Positions 19,132 through 27,283 of a DNA stretch of 64,000 nt are shown piece by piece; within the stretch, counting starts at the first letter, position 1; every line of letters starts with the position of its first letter. The notes beneath the pieces were generated by a model, which had not been told where the DNA came from, ran no database searches, and saw only the letters and a program-made list of their open reading frames with translations. Origin of the DNA: Armatimonadota bacterium. Lineage in GTDB: Bacteria; Armatimonadota; HRBIN16. The stretch is from positions 352,001 through 416,000 of the forward strand of contig OY781964.1 of the NCBI GenBank assembly GCA_963677485.1. The letters run 5' to 3'. Made by a program: the position numbers and the translations under genes.

Positions 19132-19650
19132 CTACTTCATCATCTGTGTTCGGATGAGTTGGAACCAAAGATACACCGGTATCCAAAGGATGATGACGAC
19201 AAATAGGATATTCGTCATCAAACTATACTGCCTGTTAGTTGGACGTGGCTGGTTACGAGTCTTGCGGTTTGATATAAACTCGCTCATCAAGAAAAGAGGT
19301 AGCCATACAACATCAATCACCAACCGCACATTGTAAAAACCTCGATCAAAACCATGAGTGCTGGTGGCATCACTGTAAATAAGCTTCAGCCACATCACCA
19401 CAATAAATACCCAGGCAGCCCATATAACGGCAACACCCAGTCTTGTTTTGAAAAACGCTTGACAAGCTTCATACCGACTATTGGTGACAGATGAATCCTC
19501 GATACTTACCACAAGCGGTTGCGCCGGGTCAAAACACTGCCTGCACACAAACCGGCCGCGGTCGTCCTGCAGACAACTGGGGCAATACGGCTTGTGGCAC
19601 ACGTCGCAACTGGTTTTTACGATAATATCGGGATGGTTGGTGCAGTTCAT
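19132..19650 (-). CDS. B-box Zn finger membrane protein (array gene 1)
   Basis: MNCTNH...CDVC...CPSC...CRQC plus three hydrophobic segments; start reassigned to ATG 19650. Confidence 0.8.
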   Translation of the reverse strand: MNCTNHPDIIVKTSCDVCHKPYCPSCLQDDRGRFVCRQCFDPAQPLVVSIEDSSVTNSRYEACQAFFKTRLGVAVIWAAWVFIVVMWLKLIYSDATSTHGFDRGFYNVRLVIDVVWLPLFLMSEFISNRKTRNQPRPTNRQYSLMTNILFVVIILWIPVYLWFQLIRTQMMK

Positions 19651-19837
19651 CGCATCTCTACTTCGATCGTTTTTCGATACTCTGTCTGTATAATACCATA
19701 TCGAATAGCACTGCATGACGACGTGACTACTAGAACTCATTTGGTACTATGATATTGGTGTGAAATGAACCTAATGCCTACCGAGACGGTCAAAATATGA
19801 GACTGATGGTTGATGATGGGACCGTGGAAACTAGAAT

Positions 19838-20560
19838 ATGAATATTGGCGTGCTGTTAGCCGCAGGTACCGGATCGCGAGCAGAAACTGACATCCCGAAG
19901 CAGTTTACGATTCTGAACGGGAAATATATGCTTCACCGTAGTCTACGCTGCCTGATCGAAGAGCCTGACCTCGGCCGAATCTACATTGCAGTGCCCCAAA
20001 AATGGCTGGATTACTCCCAAATTGTTCTCAGCGAACTACCGGCCACTGCTCGCACCAGGAAAATGATTCGGCTGGTAATCGGTGGTGACACCCGGAGCGA
20101 ATCGATCCGACTAGCTTCTCAGGCCGCCATCAACGACCAATGCATAGACAGCCAGTCACTGATGGTCGTCCATGATGCCGACAGACCATTCGCGACGGTC
20201 GGCATGGTAAGGAACTCTTTAACAGCCGCTTCGGAGCTGGTATCGAGTGTATGTGTGGTGCCTGAACATGACACGGTATTTATCCATAAAGATGATGATA
20301 ATGTATGTCACATGGCGGATCGAAGCCTGATATACCGTGGCCAAGCTCCTGAAGGGGTCAATGTGCATCTCTGGAATCAGTGTTACGACAGCATGGACGA
20401 AACGGAAAGATACCGCATGACGGGCACAGTACAGGTCGTGCTGGCCAAGGGCCATAAAGTGGTTTCCGTGCCCGGGGATGATTCGAATATCAAGATCACC
20501 ACTCCCTGGGACTTCACCATTGCAGAAGCATACTTAAGGCGGGTCGAACGATCAAAGTAG
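19838..20560 (+). CDS. IspD/TarI family cytidylyltransferase
   Basis: 'LAAGTGSR...PKQF', 'GGDTRSES', 'VHDADRP', 'NIKITTP.D'. Confidence 0.9.
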   Translation: MNIGVLLAAGTGSRAETDIPKQFTILNGKYMLHRSLRCLIEEPDLGRIYIAVPQKWLDYSQIVLSELPATARTRKMIRLVIGGDTRSESIRLASQAAINDQCIDSQSLMVVHDADRPFATVGMVRNSLTAASELVSSVCVVPEHDTVFIHKDDDNVCHMADRSLIYRGQAPEGVNVHLWNQCYDSMDETERYRMTGTVQVVLAKGHKVVSVPGDDSNIKITTPWDFTIAEAYLRRVERSK

Positions 20561-20594
20561 ATATTATCATGGTTATGTTCAGTTCAACCGGCCG

Positions 20595-21506
20595 TTGGCC
20601 AAGAAACATATGATGCACCAGACTAACGTGGAATTACCGCCAGACACAAGGCAAATCATCGGTAAAGTATTGATTTATCAAAGCGTCATCATCGACATGA
20701 TGAAAGTCATCGACGCGTTTTGTCGCGCGCATAACATCAGATATTTCCTGTATGGCGGCACCCTGTTAGGCGCAGTTCGCCACCATGGGTTCATCCCATG
20801 GGACGATGACGCAGATATCTGTATGCTGCGCGAGGATTATGAGCGTTTTATTCATCTTTGGACCAAAGACGAGACCGGGCTCGATCTGGAGTGCCATCTC
20901 ACAGACGAGACATCCAGTATGCCGTTTGGCAAAGTAAGAATGCCCGGAACAGAGCTGCACGAGGATTCCGATACTTCGAAACAGTTTTATGGAATATGGA
21001 TTGACATCTTCCAACTCGATTATTATTCCAACAACCGCATCATCAGGGGTATAGAACAAAAAGTCACCACATTGCTATACAACTGCCACGAAAAGCGTGA
21101 GCTGGGACCTATCGCAAGCATCGGTGGATTTTTCCGCAATCTCCAACTGCATATTCAGTTATACTGTCTATTATCCTGGCTGGTCGGCATACCATGGATC
21201 CATGTCTGGCTCCAACGATACCGTCGCAGACCACGGAAGTATGTGGCCGACTGCTCTGGGTGCGGAAGAAAAAAATCCTGTGTACCAGTTTCTATGTTCG
21301 CGAATGTGGAGTATATGGAGTTTGAGGGGCTGTCACTGCCGGTAATGGGTGAATGGAAAAGTTGGCTCACACACGTGTATGGCGACTATATGCAGATGCC
21401 ACCCGTTGAACAACGGCGACCAGGCCATACCATTGAGTCCATCGATACCCCATCTTACGTGCCATCGATCACCCGATACCGAAAGACCGAAACGGGAGAC
21501 AGTTGA
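20595..21506 (+). CDS. LicD family phosphotransferase
   Basis: 'GGTLLGAVRHHGFIPWDDDADI', 'IDIFQLD', 'YGDYMQMPP'. Confidence 0.93.
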   Translation: MAKKHMMHQTNVELPPDTRQIIGKVLIYQSVIIDMMKVIDAFCRAHNIRYFLYGGTLLGAVRHHGFIPWDDDADICMLREDYERFIHLWTKDETGLDLECHLTDETSSMPFGKVRMPGTELHEDSDTSKQFYGIWIDIFQLDYYSNNRIIRGIEQKVTTLLYNCHEKRELGPIASIGGFFRNLQLHIQLYCLLSWLVGIPWIHVWLQRYRRRPRKYVADCSGCGRKKSCVPVSMFANVEYMEFEGLSLPVMGEWKSWLTHVYGDYMQMPPVEQRRPGHTIESIDTPSYVPSITRYRKTETGDS

Positions 21507-21548
21507 GGTGGGGATGATAATTCCTCCACCTGCGATATTGGAAATGAA

Positions 21549-22391
21549 ATGCAAACTTCACTGATCATTACGACCTATAATTCCAAAACAACACTTTCCA
21601 GGGTCTTAAACTCGTATAAACAGCAGATCGTCATGCCGGATGAAATCATCATCGCAGACGATGGCTCCAGAGATGGAACGGACTTGATGATCGCACAGAT
21701 GCAGTCTGACTACCCATGCCCACTCAAGCATGTCTGGCAGCCAGATAACGGGTTCCAGGCCGCACGCATCCGCAACTTGGCGGTGATACAATCAACCGGC
21801 GACTACTTGATATTCACAGACGGCGATTGCATCCCGCACCCCCTCTTTATCAAAGACCACATCGGTTTGGCTCAGCATGGCCAGTTTGTGTCAGGATACC
21901 GTATCCGGCTGTCAGAAAGAGCCACGCCTGGGTTCCGTTGGCGAGGAGCCGGCACACTGCCACACATTCCCATCAATCGATGGCGGCACCTGATACGAGT
22001 TTTGCATGCACCCAGGCTTTACTGTAGTGCAGAGGATTACCTCATGACACACAGAGCATCTATTGCGAGCTGCAATATGGCGGTTTTTCGTGATGACTAC
22101 ATTGCGGTCAACGGGTTTGACGAACGCTTTGTAGGCTGGGGAGCCGAAGACAGTGAGTTGGCGGTTAGACTGTGCCGATACGGCCTAAAAATGTTGGTGG
22201 TCCGGTATAGGGCACTCACCTTTCATCTACGCCACCCTGAACAGCCGAAGGATCGTGAGATGTTGAACGAAAAGCTGCTGGAGCAATCCAAGCTTAACCC
22301 CACCCATCAATGCATACACGGCTTGGAGGACTTAAGCAGTTCAGAGCTAAGCACCCACCCGTGCACGCACGACAGCCCAGGCTGTAAATGA
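21549..22391 (+). CDS. Glycosyltransferase family 2
   Basis: 'IITTYN', 'IADDGS', 'FTDGDC', 'NGFDERFVGWGAEDSE'. Confidence 0.93.
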   Translation: MQTSLIITTYNSKTTLSRVLNSYKQQIVMPDEIIIADDGSRDGTDLMIAQMQSDYPCPLKHVWQPDNGFQAARIRNLAVIQSTGDYLIFTDGDCIPHPLFIKDHIGLAQHGQFVSGYRIRLSERATPGFRWRGAGTLPHIPINRWRHLIRVLHAPRLYCSAEDYLMTHRASIASCNMAVFRDDYIAVNGFDERFVGWGAEDSELAVRLCRYGLKMLVVRYRALTFHLRHPEQPKDREMLNEKLLEQSKLNPTHQCIHGLEDLSSSELSTHPCTHDSPGCK

Positions 22392-22513
22392 TACAAGGGA
22401 CGCCCCTACGCCATGTTTCCTACAAACGGATTATGAACACAACAAACTGCTGGCGTTCGCCAATACAACAATGCCACCAACAATACACCCATATGGAAGT
22501 ATAATAGCTACAC

Positions 22514-23545
22514 ATGATAGAAACGCATGCACCTGACGAACACATCGATGTGAAACCTAACAGCCGCAAACCATCAATACTCTCAGGAATCGCCATCTGC
22601 TTGGGGATTTCGTTCCTCGCGCTGTGGCTGGGAGGGCTGATGCCGATCATCGGCGGACCGGTCTTTTCGATCATCATTGGCATCGCGGTGGGAAACTCGC
22701 TGACACTGTCCGATGGCACGAAACCGGGAATCGCCTTTTGCAGTAAGAAGCTGCTTCAGACCGCCATCATCGTGATGGGTGCCAGCTTGAGCCTGGTGCA
22801 GGTCTGGAACACCGGGCGTGATTCCGCCAGCGTGATGCTGGTCTCGCTGTTCACTGCGTTGATCGGAGCGTATCTGATCGGCCGCAAGATGGGCGTATCC
22901 CGTAACCTCACCAGCCTGATCGGGGTCGGCACCGCCATCTGCGGCGGATCGGCCATCGCGGCGATCGCACCGATCATCAGCGCCGATGATGACGAGATCG
23001 CATTCTCCATATCCACCATCTTTCTGTTCAATGTCATGGCGGTGTTGTTGTTCCCGGCACTTGGCCACTTGATGCATATGACCAGTCAAGGCTTCGGGCT
23101 ATGGGCAGGCACTGCCATCAACGACACATCCTCTGTGGTGGCCAGTGCGTATTCCTACAGCAAGGCGGCCGGTGATTACGCCACCATCACTAAACTGGCG
23201 CGCACCACCATGATTATCCCGATCGCGCTCGCCTTCACAGCGCTCGCTAGAAGGCGGTCCGGCACGACCAACTTCCAGATGCGCTCCATATTCCCATGGT
23301 TCGTGATCGGATTCCTTCTCGCCGCTCTGCTCAACACCACAGGTCTGTTGGGTGCACAGATGCAGCATTGGGCAGGTTCGGCGGGCAAATTCCTGATCGT
23401 GGTCGCACTGGCTGGTGTGGGTCTGGGAGCCAACTTCCGCAAGATCGTGAAAACCGGCTCGAAACCCATTCTGCTTGGTATGATCGTATGGGCGTTGGTG
23501 GCCGTCACCAGCTTGGCCGTGCAGATGCTGATGAAGCAATTTTAG
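22514..23545 (+). CDS. YeiH/UPF0324 family membrane transporter (putative sulfate exporter)
   Basis: 'LIGVGTAICGGSAIAA', 'GTAINDTSSV', 'KLAR'; multiple TM segments. Confidence 0.92.
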   Translation: MIETHAPDEHIDVKPNSRKPSILSGIAICLGISFLALWLGGLMPIIGGPVFSIIIGIAVGNSLTLSDGTKPGIAFCSKKLLQTAIIVMGASLSLVQVWNTGRDSASVMLVSLFTALIGAYLIGRKMGVSRNLTSLIGVGTAICGGSAIAAIAPIISADDDEIAFSISTIFLFNVMAVLLFPALGHLMHMTSQGFGLWAGTAINDTSSVVASAYSYSKAAGDYATITKLARTTMIIPIALAFTALARRRSGTTNFQMRSIFPWFVIGFLLAALLNTTGLLGAQMQHWAGSAGKFLIVVALAGVGLGANFRKIVKTGSKPILLGMIVWALVAVTSLAVQMLMKQF

Positions 23546-23566
23546 CGGCTGAAGCTGTCTACTATC

Positions 23567-23990
23567 GACGACATCCGTGCCTTGGTCACTAATCCATAGT
23601 GTAGATCGGCCTTCCGGCATCCTGAAGTGTTTGTGATTGTTATTGTCACAGGTGATCGTCCGACACCCACGGTTATGGTATGCTTATAGAAATGGCTCGG
23701 TACGGGCCTTTCATCCATGCCCAGGGTGTGGTTTTCATTCGTTGTCACAGACATGAGTCCTACACCCACGGTGGATGCCAATTCATATGGCCACGCATGA
23801 GCGGACGGTGTCTGTGATGTGATCAATAGCTATACAACAGTGATGGGACATCCGGCACCCACGAAGTGGGTACTTTCTTATAGCCACGGATGAGCGGACG
23901 GTGCCTGTGATGTTATCAATAGCTATACAACAGTGATGGGACGTCCGGCACCCACGAAGTGGGTACTTTCTTATAGCCACGGGTGAGCGC
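23567..23990 (+). repeat. Degenerate tandem array of the family-A REP left arm (exact 93-bp period, apparent ~46-bp sub-period)
   Basis: tccggcacccacgaagtgggtactttcttatagccacgg at 23851 and 23944; diverged copies at 23758, 23659, 23613. Confidence 0.75.
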
Positions 23991-24651
23991 CAGCGAAACC
24001 CGTGGTAAGCGCCCCATCTATCTACCCCGAAGTGGGTCGTTTGACAGGAGGTTGCGATGCCAGGATCGCTCGTTTCTAACCACGTCCATGTCATATTCAG
24101 CACACATAATCGGACTGATACCATTCTCAACGAATACCACGAACACCTTTACAACATCATCGCGGATGTTGCCAAAGGGCATCACTGCCATATGCGTGCG
24201 GTTGGTGGAACCTGCAATCACATTCATATGTTAATGTCACTTCACCAGGATAGCCGGTTATCCTATGTAGTTCGGGATATCAAGATTGCCTCATCGAAAT
24301 GGGTTCATGACCACGGTGGCCAATTTCAATGGCAGTCAGGATATGGCGCGTTCTCTGTTGGTCAACGCGAACTGGAGGTGATCAAAAGATATATTCTCAA
24401 TCAGAAGGTTCACCACCAGAAGCATACGTTTGAAGAAGAGATGGTCAAAATCCTGAAATATGCGCAGATTGAGTATAATCCTGACCATGTTTTTGGGTGA
24501 TGGACCAGGTTGAGATATTGTGTTGTGACCCGAATCATCCGCTGCGAAGTGGTTCGACCCACTTCGGGGTAATATATGACGACATCCACCACGGGTTTCG
24601 CTGGCGCTCACCCGTGGCTATAAGAATGTACCCACTTCGTGGGTGCCCGGA
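23944..24651 (+). mobile_element. RAYT/IS200-like element: Y1 transposase flanked by inverted ~97-bp palindromic elements
   Basis: Left copy 23944-24040 and inverted right copy 24553-24651 enclose the transposase ORF. Confidence 0.8.
24057..24500 (+). CDS. tnpA: IS200/IS605-family Y1 (HUH) transposase, REP-associated type
   Basis: 'HVIFSTHNR', HUH 'NHIHML', 'WQSGYGAFSV', catalytic 'RYILNQ'; AGGAGG RBS. Confidence 0.92.
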   Translation: MPGSLVSNHVHVIFSTHNRTDTILNEYHEHLYNIIADVAKGHHCHMRAVGGTCNHIHMLMSLHQDSRLSYVVRDIKIASSKWVHDHGGQFQWQSGYGAFSVGQRELEVIKRYILNQKVHHQKHTFEEEMVKILKYAQIEYNPDHVFG

Positions 24652-24734
24652 GGGCATTAATCATTAGGTTTTTTTATACGGGAGAATAACACCCACTAAA
24701 AACCTCGGCATACACCATACGCACGAAGTGCCGA

Positions 24735-25072
24735 CAGCCTGTTTTAACAGGCTTACTGATCAATAACCGAGACATTTATGTCGCGGCAGGCTGGTATGAC
24801 GACTTACAGTCTCCGGATACTGAAAAGGTTGCTACCCACTTCGGGGTAGGAATGTAGCACCGCTATCCAGGGGTATCGCTTCGCTCACCCCTGGCTATAA
24901 AGAGTCTTACCCACTTCGTGGGTGCCCGGAATGATGCCTACGACCTAAGGCTCGAGACCGCGCAGGTATGGCGGTCAGCCTCCCTGGTTTGGTTTCGGGA
25001 ACAAGACAGGCGCGGTCTATAGACAGTGGTCTTTGCAGGCGTACTGACAGACCGCCCCGGACAGTGGCAACC
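24735..25072. repeat. REP mosaic: family B arm (24735-24786), inverted family A (24833-24930), truncated family C (24947-25072)
   Basis: Direct sequence matches to other copies in the window. Confidence 0.82.
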
Positions 25073-25084
25073 GCGTAACTAACA

Positions 25085-25118
25085 CAAAAGAGGGTGCCCG
25101 GATGGGCACCCTCTTTTG
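25085..25118. terminator. Intrinsic terminator downstream of tkt (bidirectional shape)
   Basis: caaaagagggtgcccggatgggcaccctcttttg perfect hairpin with A/T flanks. Confidence 0.85.
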
Positions 25119-25135
25119 TATGAATTGCGGTTTAC

Positions 25136-27130
25136 TTACTTGCCTGCGAGACCAGCGAGCACCCTGTCAGCAACCTGCTGCGGGGTGAAGCCGTAGGTCA
25201 CTGCCAGGCTCTTAGCCGGGGCAGAGGCACCGAAGCTGTTCACCGCAATCGCGATGCCGTCGCGTCCGATGTACTTGTGCCAGCCCATTTCGGAGGCGGC
25301 CTCTACGCTCACGCGCAGCTTGGCGGGTGCGTCCAGAATGCTGGCCTTGTAAGCCTCGTCCTGAGCGTCGAACAGTTCCCAGCAGGGCATAGAGATCACG
25401 CGGCTGGTTTTGCCTTGAGCCTTGAGCAACTCGGCGGCCTGCAGTGCCAGACCAACCTCGGAGCCGGTAGCGTAGAAGGCCACATCCACAGGGCAGGTGC
25501 AGCCGCTCAGCAGGTAGGCACCCTTCGCCACACCCTCGCGGGCAGACACGCTGGTCAGTGCGCTCATGTCAGCCATATTCTGGCGGCTGAGGATAAAGCC
25601 GACAGGGCCTTCGCACTTCATCGCCTGAATCCACATCGCCTTGGTCTCATTCTCATCTGCCGGACGGAAGATGCTCAGGCCAGGCATGGCACGCAGGCCA
25701 GCCAGATGCTCCACAGGCTGATGGGTCGGGCCGTCCTCACCAAGAAGAATGGTGTCGTGTGTCCACTGGAACAGCACGCGAACCTTCATCAGGGCCGCCA
25801 GACGCACGGCGTTCTTCATATAGTCGCTGAAGGTGAAGAAGGTGCCACAGAGAGGCTGGATCATCCCCCCGAGGCGCATGCCGTAACAGGCAGCGGCCAT
25901 GGCGAACTCACGCACACCGAACTTGATGAGCTGACCGGTGTAGTCCTCTTTGTTCACAATGTCGGCACCCTTGATGAAGGTGTTGTCAGAGTGGCTAAGG
26001 TCGGCAGAACCGCTCACAAAGAAAGGAACCAACTGGGCGACCTTGGCGATGATCGACTGGCTCAGCACGCGAGTGGCCTTGCCTGGCTCGAGTGGCATGT
26101 TCCAAATCTGGTCATCGAAGTCAGCCGGCAGCTTCTGCTCTGTGTAGGTCTCCCAGAGGGCGGCCTTGGCAGCGTCTTTCTTCATGGCAGCCAGTTTGGT
26201 GTTCCAAGCGGCTTCTGCGGCTTCGTTCTCGGCAACCTTCGCTGCGAAGTATGATTTTACGGCTGCAGGAACGGTGAAGGGCTCTTCTTTCCAGCCAATC
26301 GCCTTTTTCATCAGTTCGAGTTCAGCGGCTCCCAGCGGGGCACCGTGGCAGCTATTCGTGCCCTGCTTAGCAGGCGAGCCCTTGCCGATGATCGTCTTGG
26401 CGATGATCATCACAGGCTTCTCAGCTTCAGCTTTGGCTTCGGCCAGAACACTCAGCAGAGCCGGGATGTCATGACCATTCACGTTCAGAACCTTCCAGCC
26501 GTATGCCACGTAGCGGGCGGCTACATCTTCGGTGAAGCACTCGCTGGTAGGGCCGTCAAGGCAAATGTCGTTGCTGTCATAGATCACAACAAGGTTGTTC
26601 AGACCCATGGTGCCAGCCAGGCTGCTCGCCTCGCCGCTAATGCCCTCCATCAGGCAGCCGTCGCCACACAGGGTGTAGACTTTACCTTCGAACAGCTCTG
26701 GACCGAACTGCGCACCCAGCATCTTGTTGGCCAGTGCCATACCGGTGGCTGCGGCGATTCCCTGTCCCAGAGGGCCCGTGGTGGTTTCTACACCGGCGGT
26801 CTCACGGAACTCAGGGTGACCAGGTGTCTTGCTGTGAGGCTGTCGGAACGCCTTGATGTCATCCATGCTCAGGTCATACCCACTGATGTGCAGGCATGAA
26901 TAGAGGAACATAGAACCGTGGCCAGCGGAGAGCACGAAGCGGTCGCGGCCAAGCCAGTTGGGGTTCTTGGGGTTATAGCTCAGGTGCTTAGCGAACAGCG
27001 CTGCACCGATCTCTGCGCATCCCATGGGAAGACCTGGATGGCCAGAGTTGGCCTTTTCCACGCCTTCTGCTGAGATCACGCGGATGGTATCCGCAATCAA
27101 TTGAAGTGTATTCGAGTTATCTGAAGCCAT
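25136..27130 (-). CDS. tkt: Transketolase
   Basis: 'SGHPGLPMG', 'RDRFVLSAGH', 'TTGPLGQG', 'GDGCLMEG', 'GEDGPTHQP'. Confidence 0.98.
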   Translation of the reverse strand: MASDNSNTLQLIADTIRVISAEGVEKANSGHPGLPMGCAEIGAALFAKHLSYNPKNPNWLGRDRFVLSAGHGSMFLYSCLHISGYDLSMDDIKAFRQPHSKTPGHPEFRETAGVETTTGPLGQGIAAATGMALANKMLGAQFGPELFEGKVYTLCGDGCLMEGISGEASSLAGTMGLNNLVVIYDSNDICLDGPTSECFTEDVAARYVAYGWKVLNVNGHDIPALLSVLAEAKAEAEKPVMIIAKTIIGKGSPAKQGTNSCHGAPLGAAELELMKKAIGWKEEPFTVPAAVKSYFAAKVAENEAAEAAWNTKLAAMKKDAAKAALWETYTEQKLPADFDDQIWNMPLEPGKATRVLSQSIIAKVAQLVPFFVSGSADLSHSDNTFIKGADIVNKEDYTGQLIKFGVREFAMAAACYGMRLGGMIQPLCGTFFTFSDYMKNAVRLAALMKVRVLFQWTHDTILLGEDGPTHQPVEHLAGLRAMPGLSIFRPADENETKAMWIQAMKCEGPVGFILSRQNMADMSALTSVSAREGVAKGAYLLSGCTCPVDVAFYATGSEVGLALQAAELLKAQGKTSRVISMPCWELFDAQDEAYKASILDAPAKLRVSVEAASEMGWHKYIGRDGIAIAVNSFGASAPAKSLAVTYGFTPQQVADRVLAGLAGK

Positions 27131-27189
27131 GAACGGATGTCTCCTTAAGGGTTAATTCACCGTTTATCATTCTATTCTTTTTAGGGCAA

Positions 27190-27238
27190 TAAATAAAGGC
27201 GCCCGGCTCGCACGCCATTGGAAGCACGCGGGCCGGGC
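27190..27238 (-). terminator. Probable terminator after the RCC1-FGE gene
   Basis: gcccggctcgc...gcgggccgggc stem followed by a T-rich tract on the minus strand. Confidence 0.45.
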
Positions 27239-27283
27239 ATCATGCATAGGTGTCACAACGCCTACTCCGGCGATGTCGGGCCG

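Noticed and set aside
23750-23990. CRISPR array
   Set aside because: The intervening sequences are near-identical rather than unique, the repeats match the transposase-flanking REP, and no cas genes are present
24500-25130. tnpB/IscB or omega-RNA downstream of tnpA
   Set aside because: No suitable ORF; the region is explained by REP families A, B and C and a terminator
25277-26254. 325-aa plus-strand ORF
   Set aside because: Antisense shadow of transketolase
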